From Thermodesulfobacteriota bacterium (GTDB lineage Bacteria; Desulfobacterota; Desulfarculia; JACQYL01), in assembly GCA_963675595.2 (NCBI GenBank), contig CAXXLZ010000002.1, positions 192,001 to 256,000 on the forward strand: DNA of 64,000 nt, in the 5' to 3' direction. Each line of letters begins with the position of its first letter. Position 1 is the first letter of the stretch. Under the pieces are notes generated by a model. It ran no database searches. It was not told the DNA's origin and saw nothing but the letters and a program-made list of their open reading frames with translations. The position numbers and the translations under genes were made by a program. Positions 23,219-36,879 of this stretch are shown in pieces.

Positions 23219-24332
23219 ATGAAAGCATATTTGGCGCTGGAAGACGGATTCGTTCTCGAGGGAGAAAGCTTCACCGGCGAAGGAGAGGCCCTGGGTGAGG
23301 TGGTATTCAACACCAGTATGACCGGTTATCAGGAGATACTCACCGATCCATCCTATCGAGGCCAGATCGTTGCCATGACCTATCCACAGGTGGGCAATTA
23401 CGGCATCAACCCGGAGGACGTAGAATCCGCAAAGATTCGCGTGGAAGGCTTTATCATCCGGGAATATCCCCCTCTGGCCAGCAACTGGCGCTCCAAGGGC
23501 AATCTGGCCGACTACCTGAAGCAGGCCGGAATCATCGGAGTGGAGGGAATCGACACCCGAGCCCTGACCAGGCATATACGCTCCCTCGGGGCCATGCGAG
23601 GCATTCTGTCCACCGACGTTTCCGATCCGGCCGCTCTGGCGGCCAAAGCCGGACAATGGCCGGGGTTGGTGGGCAACGACATGGTCCGGTTGGTGTCGGC
23701 CCCGGAGCCTTTCCGATGGCCGGAGATGACCCCCGCCCAATCCTGGACGGGTGGTAGGGAGTTCCGGGTGGTGGTCTACGACTATGGAGTCAAGTACAAC
23801 ATCCTCCGCTGCCTGGAGAAGAGAAACTGCGAAGTCATCGTGCTGCCGCCGGAAGGCTATGCGGATCTTTTCGACGAACTCGCCCCGGACGGTGTGGTTC
23901 TGAGCAACGGACCCGGTGACCCCGAGGGAATCCCCTATGCGGTGGCGGAAGTCCAAAGAGTCCTGGATCGACAACCCATTTTCGGAATCTGCATGGGCCA
24001 TCAGGTGCTGGGGCTCGCTCTCGGCGGGAAAACCTACAAGTTGAAATTCGGCCATCGTGGCGCCAACCAGCCCGTCATGGACCTGACCACCAAGAAAGTG
24101 GAGATCACTTCCCAGAACCACGGTTTCTGTGTCGAACCGGACAGTCTGGCCTCCGCCGGAGTGGAAGTCACTCACATCAATCTAAACGACCGAACGCTCG
24201 AGGGGTTCCGCCACAAGACCCTGCCGTTGTTTTCCGTGCAGTATCACCCCGAGGCCTCGCCGGGCCCGCACGATGCGGACTACCTTTTCGAGCGGTTCAT
24301 ACAAAACATGCGGAATAGAAAGTCAAAAAGCC

Positions 24333-24340
<8 letters not shown>
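23219..24340 (+). CDS. carA: Carbamoyl-phosphate synthase small subunit
   Basis: [36 protein letters not shown] and [12 protein letters not shown] motifs. Confidence 0.98.
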
Positions 24341-27557
<3,217 letters not shown>

Positions 27558-27581
27558 TCTTCAGGACCTGGAGGAGACCCC

Positions 27582-27941
27582 ATGAGAAAGGAAATCCCGT
27601 TCCAGGTTCGGCCTGCCGGTGAATTCACCCTGGACACCCGAAAGATGCAGGTCCCGGATTTCGTAGACGCTTTCTTGAGCCCCGCAGTCGATACGGTCCG
27701 GGAAATGATCCGTGATGGAAAGCTCAAATCCGTTGCCGCTGCCATTGACGCCTTCACGGATTTGGTGGACGAGGAATTTACCTACTTCCTCCGGCACAAC
27801 GAGGCCGAGACCAAGGAAGAAGTGCTGGAATGGCTCATGGAGTCGGTGGTGGGGGGATATATGAGTCACTTCCTGAAGACGGCCGCTAATAAGGCCTTTG
27901 AGGTTCCCGAAAAGCCGATGAGCGAGGGCGCGGCCGAGTAA
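27582..27941 (+). CDS. Hypothetical protein
   Basis: 119-aa ORF with GGAGGAG RBS directly after carB. Confidence 0.7.
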   Translation: MRKEIPFQVRPAGEFTLDTRKMQVPDFVDAFLSPAVDTVREMIRDGKLKSVAAAIDAFTDLVDEEFTYFLRHNEAETKEEVLEWLMESVVGGYMSHFLKTAANKAFEVPEKPMSEGAAE

Positions 27942-28113
27942 CGCTTCCCCGGACGGGATCCGGCGGAATTGCGGATCCGTCCTCCCTCGGGAGTCCGTGA
28001 TCACGAGCCCACGGTTTTCCGAGCCTCTCCTGTCCCACCCGGGACGTTTTTCGACGAGAAAGCGGGAAACGAATCCACAGCCGTCCGGCTGCGGCCTTTT
28101 TCGTGTGTATTGT

Positions 28114-29190
28114 TCAGGTTTGTACGTTGGAACAGATGGCGGAACAGATGGCGGGCAGGGTATTGGAGCCGTTGGAGCTCTCCTTGTGAAGCACCGACGG
28201 AGTAAACTTGTTGCGCACTTTTAGATGCCATTTGGAAAAGTCGAAGGGACGGGCGCTGTTGGCCAAATCGACGCACCGAAAGTCGTGAATCCGGCCTCGG
28301 TTGTATACCGTGAAATGCTGGTCGGCCACCGGCGGCAAGGTATACTTACAGGGAGAAATCTGGCCTTTCCAATTGACGAAAATATGTTCAATGGGATTGA
28401 ACAGGCAATGTCCCTCGTTTTCCGCCTGAACCAAATCAACGCCCTCTTCCCGGGCTATCTCCTCCAATTCAGTGTCGATGCGACGCATTTCTTCGTCGGG
28501 AATGTCTCCCGGTAAAACGCCCGCCTCATCGATTTCGCGAACGTGGAATCCCGGCTGCGACAGTTGGACCTGGACGGGCTTGAATTGGCCCGCCAACTCG
28601 ATATAGTCCTGAAGTCTATGCAGGGTGAATCGGTTCTTGGTAAACTGGAGCCGAATCTTGGGGAAATTCGTCCCGTGATTCAGCTTCCAGAGACAGACCC
28701 GTGCGATGTTGAAAAGCACGGTGTTGAAGCGGCGGCCGGGATGCTGGTTTTCGAATACGCGGGCATCGCCGCATCCCATACGGAACTCAAGGAGGTGCAC
28801 CAACGGCAGCAGTTCTTCAGGGAAGGGCACGATGCCGTTGGTGGAAACCACCACCCTCACTCGGGCGGTTTGTATCGCATGAAGCATTTCCGGAAAACGG
28901 GGATGCATCAGGGGCTCTCCCCAACCCCGGAAATAAATGGTCTCGAAACGGGCGGCGTGGTGGAGGATGTGATTGAAGCGGACCCGCGACATGTCCGAAT
29001 GCACCCAGGTATCTTCAAAAACCACTCGGGCGCACGGAGGACATCTCAGGTTGCATCTTGTGGTGACTTCAAGTTCTAGAACGTTTCCCCGCCGGATATC
29101 CGCCTGCAGGGGTCCTTTCGGGGTATTTGAGGTGTCCAGGATGCCTTCTTGCGAGTGCGGCTGGTTCATCAGCAACCCAAGGGCCTTCAC
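28114..29190 (-). CDS. Radical SAM protein with SPASM/twitch domain
   Basis: LEVTTRCNLRCPPC (CxxxCxxC), GWGEPLMHP, STNG and C...FVNWKGQISPC motifs; start uncertain. Confidence 0.85.
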   Translation of the reverse strand: MKALGLLMNQPHSQEGILDTSNTPKGPLQADIRRGNVLELEVTTRCNLRCPPCARVVFEDTWVHSDMSRVRFNHILHHAARFETIYFRGWGEPLMHPRFPEMLHAIQTARVRVVVSTNGIVPFPEELLPLVHLLEFRMGCGDARVFENQHPGRRFNTVLFNIARVCLWKLNHGTNFPKIRLQFTKNRFTLHRLQDYIELAGQFKPVQVQLSQPGFHVREIDEAGVLPGDIPDEEMRRIDTELEEIAREEGVDLVQAENEGHCLFNPIEHIFVNWKGQISPCKYTLPPVADQHFTVYNRGRIHDFRCVDLANSARPFDFSKWHLKVRNKFTPSVLHKESSNGSNTLPAICSAICSNVQT

Positions 29191-29498
29191 GGCCGATTTT
29201 GGATGGTACCATCGGTAACTTGATTACACTATACGCACAGAAAAACGGCGGTCAACGGAATTCGAACCGGAGCACTCCGTTGTGCGAAGCAACCGGCATG
29301 CTCCGGTCGGTAAATCCATTCGACGACGAACACGATTCCGATCCGGATCGGTTCCCGACCGACGGTCGAGTATCGACCACCACAAGAAAAAAATCAAGAA
29401 ATGCCGGAACCGTAACGTCGGTTTCCACATCATGAATCTCCGAATCGAGAGCGTCCACAGGAATCGTCTCCGACGCATGGAAGGAAATCGAGGGGAAC

Positions 29499-29768
29499 AT
29501 GAAACCGGAACAGTTGTTGGCCCTCATGGAAGAAACCGCGACCAAGGCGGGCGTCGAGGTCCGTTACGACTCTCTCGACTGCGACGACCTCCGTGTGAAG
29601 GACGGAATATGCCGATTCGGAGACCGCCTGATCCTTTTCATTCACAAGTCCCGGTCCGCCACGCAACGCGTCGAGATTATCCGTAGCGCTCTAAGGGGGC
29701 GCGACTTAACCGGAATCTATCTGAAGCCCGCCGTACGAATGTTGCTGGAAGAAAGGGAAGAGGACTGA
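29499..29768 (+). CDS. Hypothetical protein
   Basis: 89-aa ORF with GAGGGG RBS; protein-like composition (GICRFG, IYLKPAVR). Confidence 0.7.
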   Translation: MKPEQLLALMEETATKAGVEVRYDSLDCDDLRVKDGICRFGDRLILFIHKSRSATQRVEIIRSALRGRDLTGIYLKPAVRMLLEEREED

Positions 29769-30015
29769 ACTCGTGCCGCCTTCCGGCGAGAACGGACCGG
29801 CACGCGGGACAGCCCCCCAAGCCGAGGCGATTTCGGCCCAACAAATAATCGTCTATACAACCAACCGAACACACGCTATTCTATTGGGAACCCCGATCGG
29901 TATGGCGGCTACGATCGACGCCGCCGATACATACGCATTCCACATCAAGCGCCTCCGCTCCGGTGACCCGCCGTCCCGATCAAACCGTCGACTCTAAGCA
30001 AAACGGGAGGACCCA

Positions 30016-30483
30016 ATGGGTGAAGTGGTTCACACCTCACGAGTGAGCATTGTCCGCGAGAAAGGCCCGACTCGGCGAGCCATGGTGGAAGGTTTCGCCG
30101 ACCCAGTCTATTACGGAATTCACGGTGGGATTAAGCGCTTCTACAAGATCGAACCGCAGGAGGAACACGCAGCCACGCTCGACCACATCGTAGCCGCAAC
30201 TTCCGCCTGAATGATGTGCACACTGGCCGCGGAGCCGGCCGGAAAGAAAATCCGCACCCCCGAAAACGTCTACCGGGCGGATGTGGAAGGGGATATTGAA
30301 GATGTGAACGGTGTCCTGAAAATCACCCGCATCCGAGTGACCTACCACCTCAAGGTCCCGCCGGAGAAATCGCGGGATGCGGAAGACGCGTTCGCGAACT
30401 ACATCAAGTCTTGTCCCGCAGCGCAAAGCGTCATCGGCTGCATCGACATCAAAGACGAGCTCATTTTGGAGGGCGTCGCCTGA
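30016..30483 (+). CDS. OsmC-like protein, probable selenoprotein (Sec at codon 65)
   Basis: ORFs 30016-30210 and 30211-30483 are contiguous and in frame, split only by TGA 30208-30210 at the OsmC catalytic Cys position (ATSA-U-MMCTL); C-terminal CPAAQSV; SECIS-like hairpin 30223-30242. Confidence 0.85.
30223..30242 (+). promoter_or_regulatory. Candidate bacterial SECIS element
   Basis: Stem ctggccg/cggccgg (one G-U pair) with loop cggagc, starting 12 nt after the in-frame UGA. Confidence 0.6.
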
Positions 30484-30556
30484 AAACAAAGGGTTCAAGC
30501 GAGGAACGCACCCGAGCAGATCCTCGCATGAACCCTGTGGTCGAAAGCGTCCTTTC

Positions 30557-30979
30557 TCAGCGGCTTTTATTCGGAATGTTGTTCACCACCATGATTTCCG
30601 CTTCCCCATAAAACCCTACGGGCGGCTCATCGGACGTCGTGCCCACCAGTTGGAGCAAGTTGGGTTCGCCGATGACGAGGGGCAAATCCTTGATCTCCTC
30701 GATGAGGAACTTGGCCACGAAATTCCCCTGGTTATCCGCCTTCCAGGAATCGATGGCCACCCCATTGAGAAGTACGCTGTGAGCGTCCACATCGCCGTAG
30801 CTGATGTCCGTGTGTACGGTGACGACTTCCCCTTGGCTCTGCAGGTTCAGTGTATTAGGGGCCACGTCGATGAGAATTTCAAACGCGTGAGCCGCCACCG
30901 GCGCCAGAATCAGGGCCGCCGCCAAAAAGAAGGCAAAAAGTCCGTGCACGTTCCGCAAACTGCGTTTTCCGGAAAACAT
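30557..30979 (-). CDS. Secreted hypothetical protein
   Basis: ATG 30979 with AGGAG RBS; signal peptide ending VAAHA; beta-rich mature region. Confidence 0.7.
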   Translation of the reverse strand: MFSGKRSLRNVHGLFAFFLAAALILAPVAAHAFEILIDVAPNTLNLQSQGEVVTVHTDISYGDVDAHSVLLNGVAIDSWKADNQGNFVAKFLIEEIKDLPLVIGEPNLLQLVGTTSDEPPVGFYGEAEIMVVNNIPNKSR

Positions 30980-31069
30980 CACTAGATCTCCTTTTCCATT
31001 ACCGTTTCCCCCTGAAGCTTCCAGCCAGACTATGTCTACAATGTATTCAAGTATACACCCCCCAACCTG

Positions 31070-31471
31070 GAAAGGCAATGCGATATTGGGAGTTACAATC
31101 CTCGGCAACCGAACGATTCCCCTGTCGAACGCGGAATCGCCCTGGAAAACGGGGCCAACGCCGGACTCCGGGCACCCGTCATCACCGCGGCGGATTCCAA
31201 TGCCGTTCAAGGAACCGCGAGCCCTCTCTTGGCCTATGTTCAGATATATTCGGATGATTCGAACGAAGGCCAGACCTACCACGGTCAAGCGATCGTGAAT
31301 CATACCACCAATACATGGCAATATACCGGCGTGGTGACGGGACCCAACGTCACCGCCCTGGGTTTCGACGGATCGAGCAACACCTCGGAGTTCTCCTCTC
31401 CTTTCAAAGTCGATGATTTCGATGTCTTTCTCATACTTCCGGCCATAATCAAAGCGGCGAAAACCAAATGA
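31070..31471 (+). pseudogene. C-terminal fragment of a parallel beta-helix-type surface protein
   Basis: PVITAADSNAVQGTA...VQIYSDD...SNTSEFSSP motif and terminal FLILPAII; no clear start or N-terminal part, apparent frame change upstream. Confidence 0.4.
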
Positions 31472-31629
31472 GCCGAACTTTCCGGCGCTTCGGGGCGTAC
31501 GGCCGTAAGCTCTCCGTTTACAAACCAACGACGGGACGGGTACGAGTAAGAACGTGTCGGTCCGCCCCGCCTCCGGAGAATCTCGTTGACGACCCGAACG
31601 GCTTGTGATACCTGGATTTTTCAGCCCGT

Positions 31630-31706
31630 GCCCTCGTAGCTCAGGAGGATAGAGCACCAGATTCCTAATCTGGGTGCCGCAGGTTCGAGTCCTGCCGGGG
31701 GCACCA
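31630..31706 (+). tRNA. tRNA-Arg (anticodon CCT)
   Basis: Cloverleaf: acceptor GCCCTCG/CGGGGGC, D-arm GCTC/GAGC, anticodon arm CCAGA-TTCCTAA-TCTGG, T-arm GCAGG-TTCGAGT-CCTGC, encoded CCA. Confidence 0.97.
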
Positions 31707-31707
31707 A
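31658..31707 (+). repeat. attL: 50-bp direct repeat (3' part of tRNA-Arg)
   Basis: cagattcctaatctgggtgccgcaggttcgagtcctgccgggggcaccaa, identical at 60513-60562. Confidence 0.95.
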
Positions 31708-31752
31708 TAAAATCAATGAGTTAGCGAAAACAAACCGGAAGAAGCTTTTACC

Positions 31753-31774
31753 GGGTAAGCAATAGGTAAGCAAA
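31753..31774 (+). promoter_or_regulatory. Putative integrase arm-type binding sites (2x GGTAAGCA)
   Basis: gggtaagcaataggtaagcaaa just inside attL; same motif x3 at 60379-60410. Confidence 0.6.
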
Positions 31775-32358
31775 GCAGGCGATTTCGAAACAGGAAACAT
31801 CCCTCTCCCCGTCATTCCGAAACCTTCACTCTTTCCCCGACCTCAACCCCGGAAGATTGATCCATCCATGAACTAGGGTACGGATTGCGTATCCACTCTG
31901 CCGATGTCCCACGGATCGGCCGACCTTTCACGGCCCCCCCCAAAAGACTTTCTCTTTGATTCGCAAGACAAGACAACGCCCCCAAGTCCGTTCCGCTGAA
32001 TCGCGCGTCACAGGAATATCCTATGGGACCTCTCTATGCCGTCATCTTCGCCAGTGCAGATATTGCCGGCTCTTTCGGCTCATCATTCAGGGTGATTCCG
32101 CACAAGATTGCAATAACCATGCCCAAAATAGCCAAACGGGCATGAAATGTGAAAACTTTCTTTTATTGAGCGAGGTCTCGCCTTCCTCAAATTCGATTCA
32201 AATCGGAGTAAAACTGCGAAATCAAGAGATCATAGAAACACCCACGCCTTTTTGTTTTGCGATCAGGTTGCCCGAAACCTCCCCCCTAAGGATTTCCCAT
32301 ATCCACCTAACCCTGCTAAGCTCCTTTGAAAATTAACAAGCTGAAAGGCGGTGCCTGG

Positions 32359-32562
32359 ATGACCACAAATTTCTTATCAGAAGCCGAGGCGGCCCTAAAT
32401 CTCAATATTTCCCCCCGAACGCTTCAGAAGTTTCGCGTAACCGGTCGAGGGCCGATTTTCAGAAAATTCGGGCGCCGGGTCCTTTATGACGCCCAAGACT
32501 TGGCCGCCTGGGCCGACCAAGCCAAACGGCGATCCACTTCCGATCGCGGAGCCCAGGGATGA
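32359..32562 (+). CDS. Excisionase/AlpA-like helix-turn-helix DNA-binding protein
   Basis: FLSEAEAALNLNISPRTLQKFRVTGRGPIFRKFGRRVLYDAQDLAAW (HTH_17-type); ATGA overlap with the primase gene. Confidence 0.88.
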   Translation: MTTNFLSEAEAALNLNISPRTLQKFRVTGRGPIFRKFGRRVLYDAQDLAAWADQAKRRSTSDRGAQG

Positions 32563-35393
32563 ACGGAGCAGCTACGACCGAGACGCCGGCAGGCAACGCG
32601 GGTGTCCAACCGTCTATACTTGGCAGGCAGACCGGAAACGGCTGGGGCGGAAAACGCGACCTAATCGCCGACATAAAGAGTCGATCGGACTGCCGAGACA
32701 TCTTCCGTCGGTACTGGCCGGAGCATTTCCGCGAGTCCGGGAACTCGGTCTGTCCGTTTCACGATGACCGGAATCCAAGTCTATCCGTTCAGAAATATCG
32801 GGCACATTGCTTTGGTTGCTCGAAAAACTTCGATGTGATCGACCTGTACGGCGCCGGGACCGGCCTGGACATTGGGGCCAGTATTCAGGCACTCTCGCAG
32901 GAGCTGGGATTGGACAACGAGGGTGGAGGGATTCGACGGCCCAAAGTTCACCATGTTGAGCCTCCCGAAAAGAAAACGCAGGACTTCACCGAAACATTCG
33001 CCCATGCCGCGAGGGTCGAACCCCCAAAGGAAGTCGTCGTCGAATTCGAAAGGCGGGGCCTCGCCGAGGTTCTGCCGAGGCTCCGCGACGCCGGTGTGGT
33101 TGGGTTCTCCCCGGAAAAAGGGAAATACCCTCCTTCGGTCTTGTTTCCCTCCACGAGTTCGTTGGGATTGCCAGAATCATCCATCTTTGGCATCCAGCGG
33201 GTGATTCCTAAGTCTTTGGCCCAACACGGACGAGACAAATTATTTCTGCCCGGTTCGAAACAGGAACTCTTCATGTTCGGCATCGCGCCTCCCGTCGTGG
33301 TCACCGAAGGCGTCTTCGATGCCCTTTCAGTATCGGCGATCCTTCCCAACACAAGCGTGGCGGCGATATTCTCAGCTTCGAACACCAAGGCGGTCAACTG
33401 GTTCGAGAACGACCACTCACTGCCCGTCCTGTTCTTCGACCGAGACGAGGCCGGACGCAAGGCCACGGCCAAAGGCGTCGAGGTTCTCCGGGGTCGGTGT
33501 CGTATCGTGGACTGGCATCTTGCGCCGGACGGCTTCAAAGACACCAACGAGCTTTTGATGGCCCGCCACGGGGAAATCATTAAAAAAATGGTCGAAGAGG
33601 CAAAAAAACCTGAATATTCGGATAAATCAGCAAAATCGAATCCTGCGAAGGCATCTAACAAACCTTGGCCCTTCAGGACGGATGATCAAGGGGTGTGGTA
33701 CGCGCACGTCGTCGTGCGGAAGAGCATCGAGGTGACCGACTGGATCAAGGTGTGCTCCCCGCTGCGTGTCATCGCCTTGACCCGGAACTCTGACAGCGCC
33801 GACTGGGGCCGGCTCATCGAATTCACCGATCCTGACGGAGAGGTCCACCGGTGGGCCGTACCCATCAGCCTCCTGGGCGGGAACGGGGCTGAACTGCGGA
33901 AACAACTGCTTTTCCAGGGTGTGAGGCTTGGAACGGACCCCAAGGCCAAAACCGCCCTTGAGACGTACCTCACAGACTCCGATCCTGCCGACCGAATCCG
34001 CTGCGTGGACCGGATCGGTTGGCACGGGGATCGGTTCGTTTTGCCGGATCGGACCATCGGCACGGAGAGCGCCGAAGTCATCGCTCTTCAGACCCGCACC
34101 AACATGACACACCGGCTTAACGTCGCGGGAACCCTGGATGGGTGGCGCGACGAAATCGGCCGCCTTTGCGTGGGGAATTCGCGTCTGATCTTCGCGGTAT
34201 CCTGCGCATTCGCCGCGACTTTGGTCGGGGTCCTCGGCGAGGAATCCGGGGGCTTTCACTTCCGTGGCCCTTCGAGCTGCGGCAAGACCACGGCACTACG
34301 CCTCGCCGGCTCCGTCTGTGGGGGCGGCGACCATGGGTATATTTCCCAGTGGCGGGCTACTTCTAATGCCTTGGAAGCCGTGGCTTTGGCTCATTGTGAT
34401 ATTCTATTGTGTTTGGACGAAATTTCCCAGATTTCTGGGAACCAAGCAGGAGAAACAGCCTATCTTCTGGCCAACGGACAGGGAAAGGCGCGGATGCGCT
34501 CGAATGCCTCTCCAAGACCAGTGGCTCAGTGGCGAACCCTTTTCCTTTCCACGGGAGAGCTCAGCCTGGCCGACAAAGTCTCCGAATCGGGTTTGAGGGC
34601 AACCGCGGGTCAGGAGGTGCGCGTTCTGGATATACCCGCCGATGCCGGAGCCAGCATGGGGTTGTTCGAGGAGCTGCACGGTTTCCCTTCGGCTGACGCT
34701 TTCGCCCGGCACCTGAAGGAGCTGACCGGCCGGTTTTATGGAACACCGGTGCGAGCTTTTCTGGCAGAGATTACCTCTCGCCTGGACGGACTGAAACAGC
34801 AGGTTGAGACCTTCCGACGGAATTTCACCTCCAAGCACAGGCCTGAGGGCGCCGACGGCCAAGTGCTTCGCGCGCTTCAGCGATTCGGCCTGGTAGCCGC
34901 AGCCGGGGAATTGGCCTCCAACCTGAAGGTCCTTCCTTGGCCGGCAGACGCCGCCTCGAAGGCGGCCGAGGCTTGCTTCAGGGACTGGCTGGAACAGCGA
35001 GGAACCGCCGGCCCTCAGGAAATCCAGGCCGCGTTGGCCCAGATTAGACTTTTCTTGCAGTTGCACGGCGACAGCCGCTTTGTGCCGCTGCGGGGCGAAC
35101 TAGATGAGACGCTGGAAGACAGCGAGCGCTCAAAAGAAGGAAACCGTCCGACCATCAAGCGGGCCGGTTATAATTCTTTGGAACACGACGGCGTTCACCA
35201 CTTCGTTTTCCCCGAGGTCTTCCGCACCGAAGTTTGCGCCGGCTTCGATCTCAAATTCGTCTCCAAAGGGCTCATTGAGCTCGGTTTGATGACTCCGGGG
35301 GGGGACGGGAAGTCCGCCGCTAATCAATACGTCTCTGCGCTGCGGAAACCCATAAGGCTGTACCACCTCCTTCCGAAGATTTTCGAATCATGA
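32559..35393 (+). CDS. Primase-helicase: CHC2 zinc finger + TOPRIM + DUF927 helicase
   Basis: CPFHDDRNPS...HCFGC, VVTEGVFDALS, FFDRDEAG, Walker A GPSSCGKTT, LCLDEI and FLSTGE motifs. Confidence 0.9.
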   Translation: MNGAATTETPAGNAGVQPSILGRQTGNGWGGKRDLIADIKSRSDCRDIFRRYWPEHFRESGNSVCPFHDDRNPSLSVQKYRAHCFGCSKNFDVIDLYGAGTGLDIGASIQALSQELGLDNEGGGIRRPKVHHVEPPEKKTQDFTETFAHAARVEPPKEVVVEFERRGLAEVLPRLRDAGVVGFSPEKGKYPPSVLFPSTSSLGLPESSIFGIQRVIPKSLAQHGRDKLFLPGSKQELFMFGIAPPVVVTEGVFDALSVSAILPNTSVAAIFSASNTKAVNWFENDHSLPVLFFDRDEAGRKATAKGVEVLRGRCRIVDWHLAPDGFKDTNELLMARHGEIIKKMVEEAKKPEYSDKSAKSNPAKASNKPWPFRTDDQGVWYAHVVVRKSIEVTDWIKVCSPLRVIALTRNSDSADWGRLIEFTDPDGEVHRWAVPISLLGGNGAELRKQLLFQGVRLGTDPKAKTALETYLTDSDPADRIRCVDRIGWHGDRFVLPDRTIGTESAEVIALQTRTNMTHRLNVAGTLDGWRDEIGRLCVGNSRLIFAVSCAFAATLVGVLGEESGGFHFRGPSSCGKTTALRLAGSVCGGGDHGYISQWRATSNALEAVALAHCDILLCLDEISQISGNQAGETAYLLANGQGKARMRSNASPRPVAQWRTLFLSTGELSLADKVSESGLRATAGQEVRVLDIPADAGASMGLFEELHGFPSADAFARHLKELTGRFYGTPVRAFLAEITSRLDGLKQQVETFRRNFTSKHRPEGADGQVLRALQRFGLVAAAGELASNLKVLPWPADAASKAAEACFRDWLEQRGTAGPQEIQAALAQIRLFLQLHGDSRFVPLRGELDETLEDSERSKEGNRPTIKRAGYNSLEHDGVHHFVFPEVFRTEVCAGFDLKFVSKGLIELGLMTPGGDGKSAANQYVSALRKPIRLYHLLPKIFES

Positions 35394-35429
35394 GGTCGAC
35401 CATTTTGATGCCTGGGCAACTCCGTTCAT

Positions 35430-35645
35430 AAGCGGTGAAAGGCGTGCCAGTGGTGAAAGAAAACCGAATAGATCCAAATAATTCAATATCTTATATGAGG
35501 ATTTTCGGCTTTCACCTCATGAATTCCAAAGTGGAAGAAGGTGTAAGAAGTGAAAGCCTGTAATTTCAGGGACTTGGAGGCCGATCTTTCACCCTTACAC
35601 GTCTTGCACGGAATCGGAGCCAATAAGATTGGAAGCCTTACACTC
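35430..35645. promoter_or_regulatory. Putative replication origin of the element (iterons plus AT-rich core)
   Basis: About 10 exact or near copies of (G/A)GTG(A/T)AAG in both orientations around an AT-rich stretch (35461-35505), immediately after the primase-helicase gene. Confidence 0.65.
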
Positions 35646-35800
35646 AATTCGGAACCACCCCTCAAACACAGACCCGGAATCGCCGACTGCGAAAACTGCG
35701 GGGAAAAGCGGTCCATCCTCGCCCCTGTGACGAAGCGCGGTTGGAATGCCCCTTGAGGCAAACGGATAATCTCTAATAGAAGTCATCGGAGAACAAGTAT

Positions 35801-36151
35801 ATGAAAAGAGAAAACGTGATCAACAACAAGAACACCGTCAAAGTTGAAGGCGATGGACTCTCCGACTATGAAGCATTTTACCAGCACTTGTTAGAGTGGG
35901 GATTGAATCCAAGGAGGATGAAATCCGGAGACTTGAGAGCCGACTGTTTTGCTTGTGACCTCGAACCTCGGGATCATATGATCTATCAGGCGCCCAGCCA
36001 TTTGATTTTGACAAAAGGCAGGGGCAAAGACTTGTTGTTTTTCCGTTATATCGAAAACTGGCAAATCGACTATCGGATGGGTAGAGCTCGTAAGGTTCCC
36101 AAAAGTTTGCAGAAGAAATATGTACTGCTGCCGCCCATTCCCACACTCTAA
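35801..36151 (+). CDS. Hypothetical protein (AT-rich)
   Basis: 116-aa ORF with GGAG RBS; CFAC motif. Confidence 0.6.
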   Translation: MKRENVINNKNTVKVEGDGLSDYEAFYQHLLEWGLNPRRMKSGDLRADCFACDLEPRDHMIYQAPSHLILTKGRGKDLLFFRYIENWQIDYRMGRARKVPKSLQKKYVLLPPIPTL

Positions 36152-36232
36152 GGTCATGCCCCCGACGCGGCGTCACGATGGGACTTCATCCGCTCACGTC
36201 GGGGGTTATATCGAAGGAAAGGAATTTGATCC

Positions 36233-36646
36233 ATGAACGATGACGGCAGAAGTCCCCAGGTGACCGGCCATGGAGAGAAGCTATCCCGAAAGATGGAACT
36301 GGCGGTGGCCGCTTTGCTCACGCATCCCACGATTCCGGAAGCCGCCAAACACACGGGGGTCTCGGAGAAGACCCTCTGGCGATGGCTCCGAATCCGAGAA
36401 TTCAAGGAAGCCTATCGCGAGGCCCGAAGGGAGGCGGTAGGACGGGCCGTCGGGCAGGTTCAGGCGGCCATGGCGGAAGGCGTGGAAGCGCTTCGCTCCG
36501 TAATCAACGACCCGCAGTCCGGCGCCTCGGCCAGGGTTTCGGCGGCCAGGGCCGTGCTGGACATGGGGCTGAAGGCCACCGAAGTGGAAGATTTGGAAGC
36601 CCGTATCTCGGCTATCGAGAATGCCTATTTTAAGGAGAAACAATGA
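36233..36646 (+). CDS. HTH protein resembling small-terminase-like proteins of satellite elements
   Basis: LLTHPTIPEAAKHTGVSEKTLWRW HTH, helical middle region, ARVSAARAVLD and EDLEARISAIE coiled tail. Confidence 0.6.
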   Translation: MNDDGRSPQVTGHGEKLSRKMELAVAALLTHPTIPEAAKHTGVSEKTLWRWLRIREFKEAYREARREAVGRAVGQVQAAMAEGVEALRSVINDPQSGASARVSAARAVLDMGLKATEVEDLEARISAIENAYFKEKQ

Positions 36647-36879
36647 AGAACCTCGATGCCAGAATCCGTTACTTAGAGCGCGGTGAAGATCCAGGACCGG
36701 ATGTCGCCGTCCTTTTCCTTTTCAGACACGAAACGAAAGAAAAGGCGCTGATCCGATATGGGTACAAGGGCCACCAACCCGACTGCGCGTTCTTCATCAA
36801 GATCGGCGACAAGGCCGCACTGGAGGATGCAAAACGGCACAACCTCCGTTTGCCTCAAGGGGTCGAAGAGGACGACTGA
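36643..36879 (+). CDS. Hypothetical protein coupled to the upstream HTH gene
   Basis: ATGA overlap and AAGGAG RBS; MKNLDARIRYLE. Confidence 0.65.
   Translation: MKNLDARIRYLERGEDPGPDVAVLFLFRHETKEKALIRYGYKGHQPDCAFFIKIGDKAALEDAKRHNLRLPQGVEEDD

Noticed and set aside
28130-28155. 12-bp tandem duplication ggaacagatggc x2 at the end of the radical SAM gene
   Set aside because: Only two copies, in frame (AICSAICS). It looks like a local slippage event with no further structure.
31956-32336. 126-aa ORF between attL and the Xis-like gene
   Set aside because: TTG start, no RBS or motifs; more likely the element's promoter or regulatory region
35550-35756. 68-aa ORF after the primase
   Set aside because: It overlaps the iteron array and has a weak start context. 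It cannot be supported as a gene, although a CENC motif is present.
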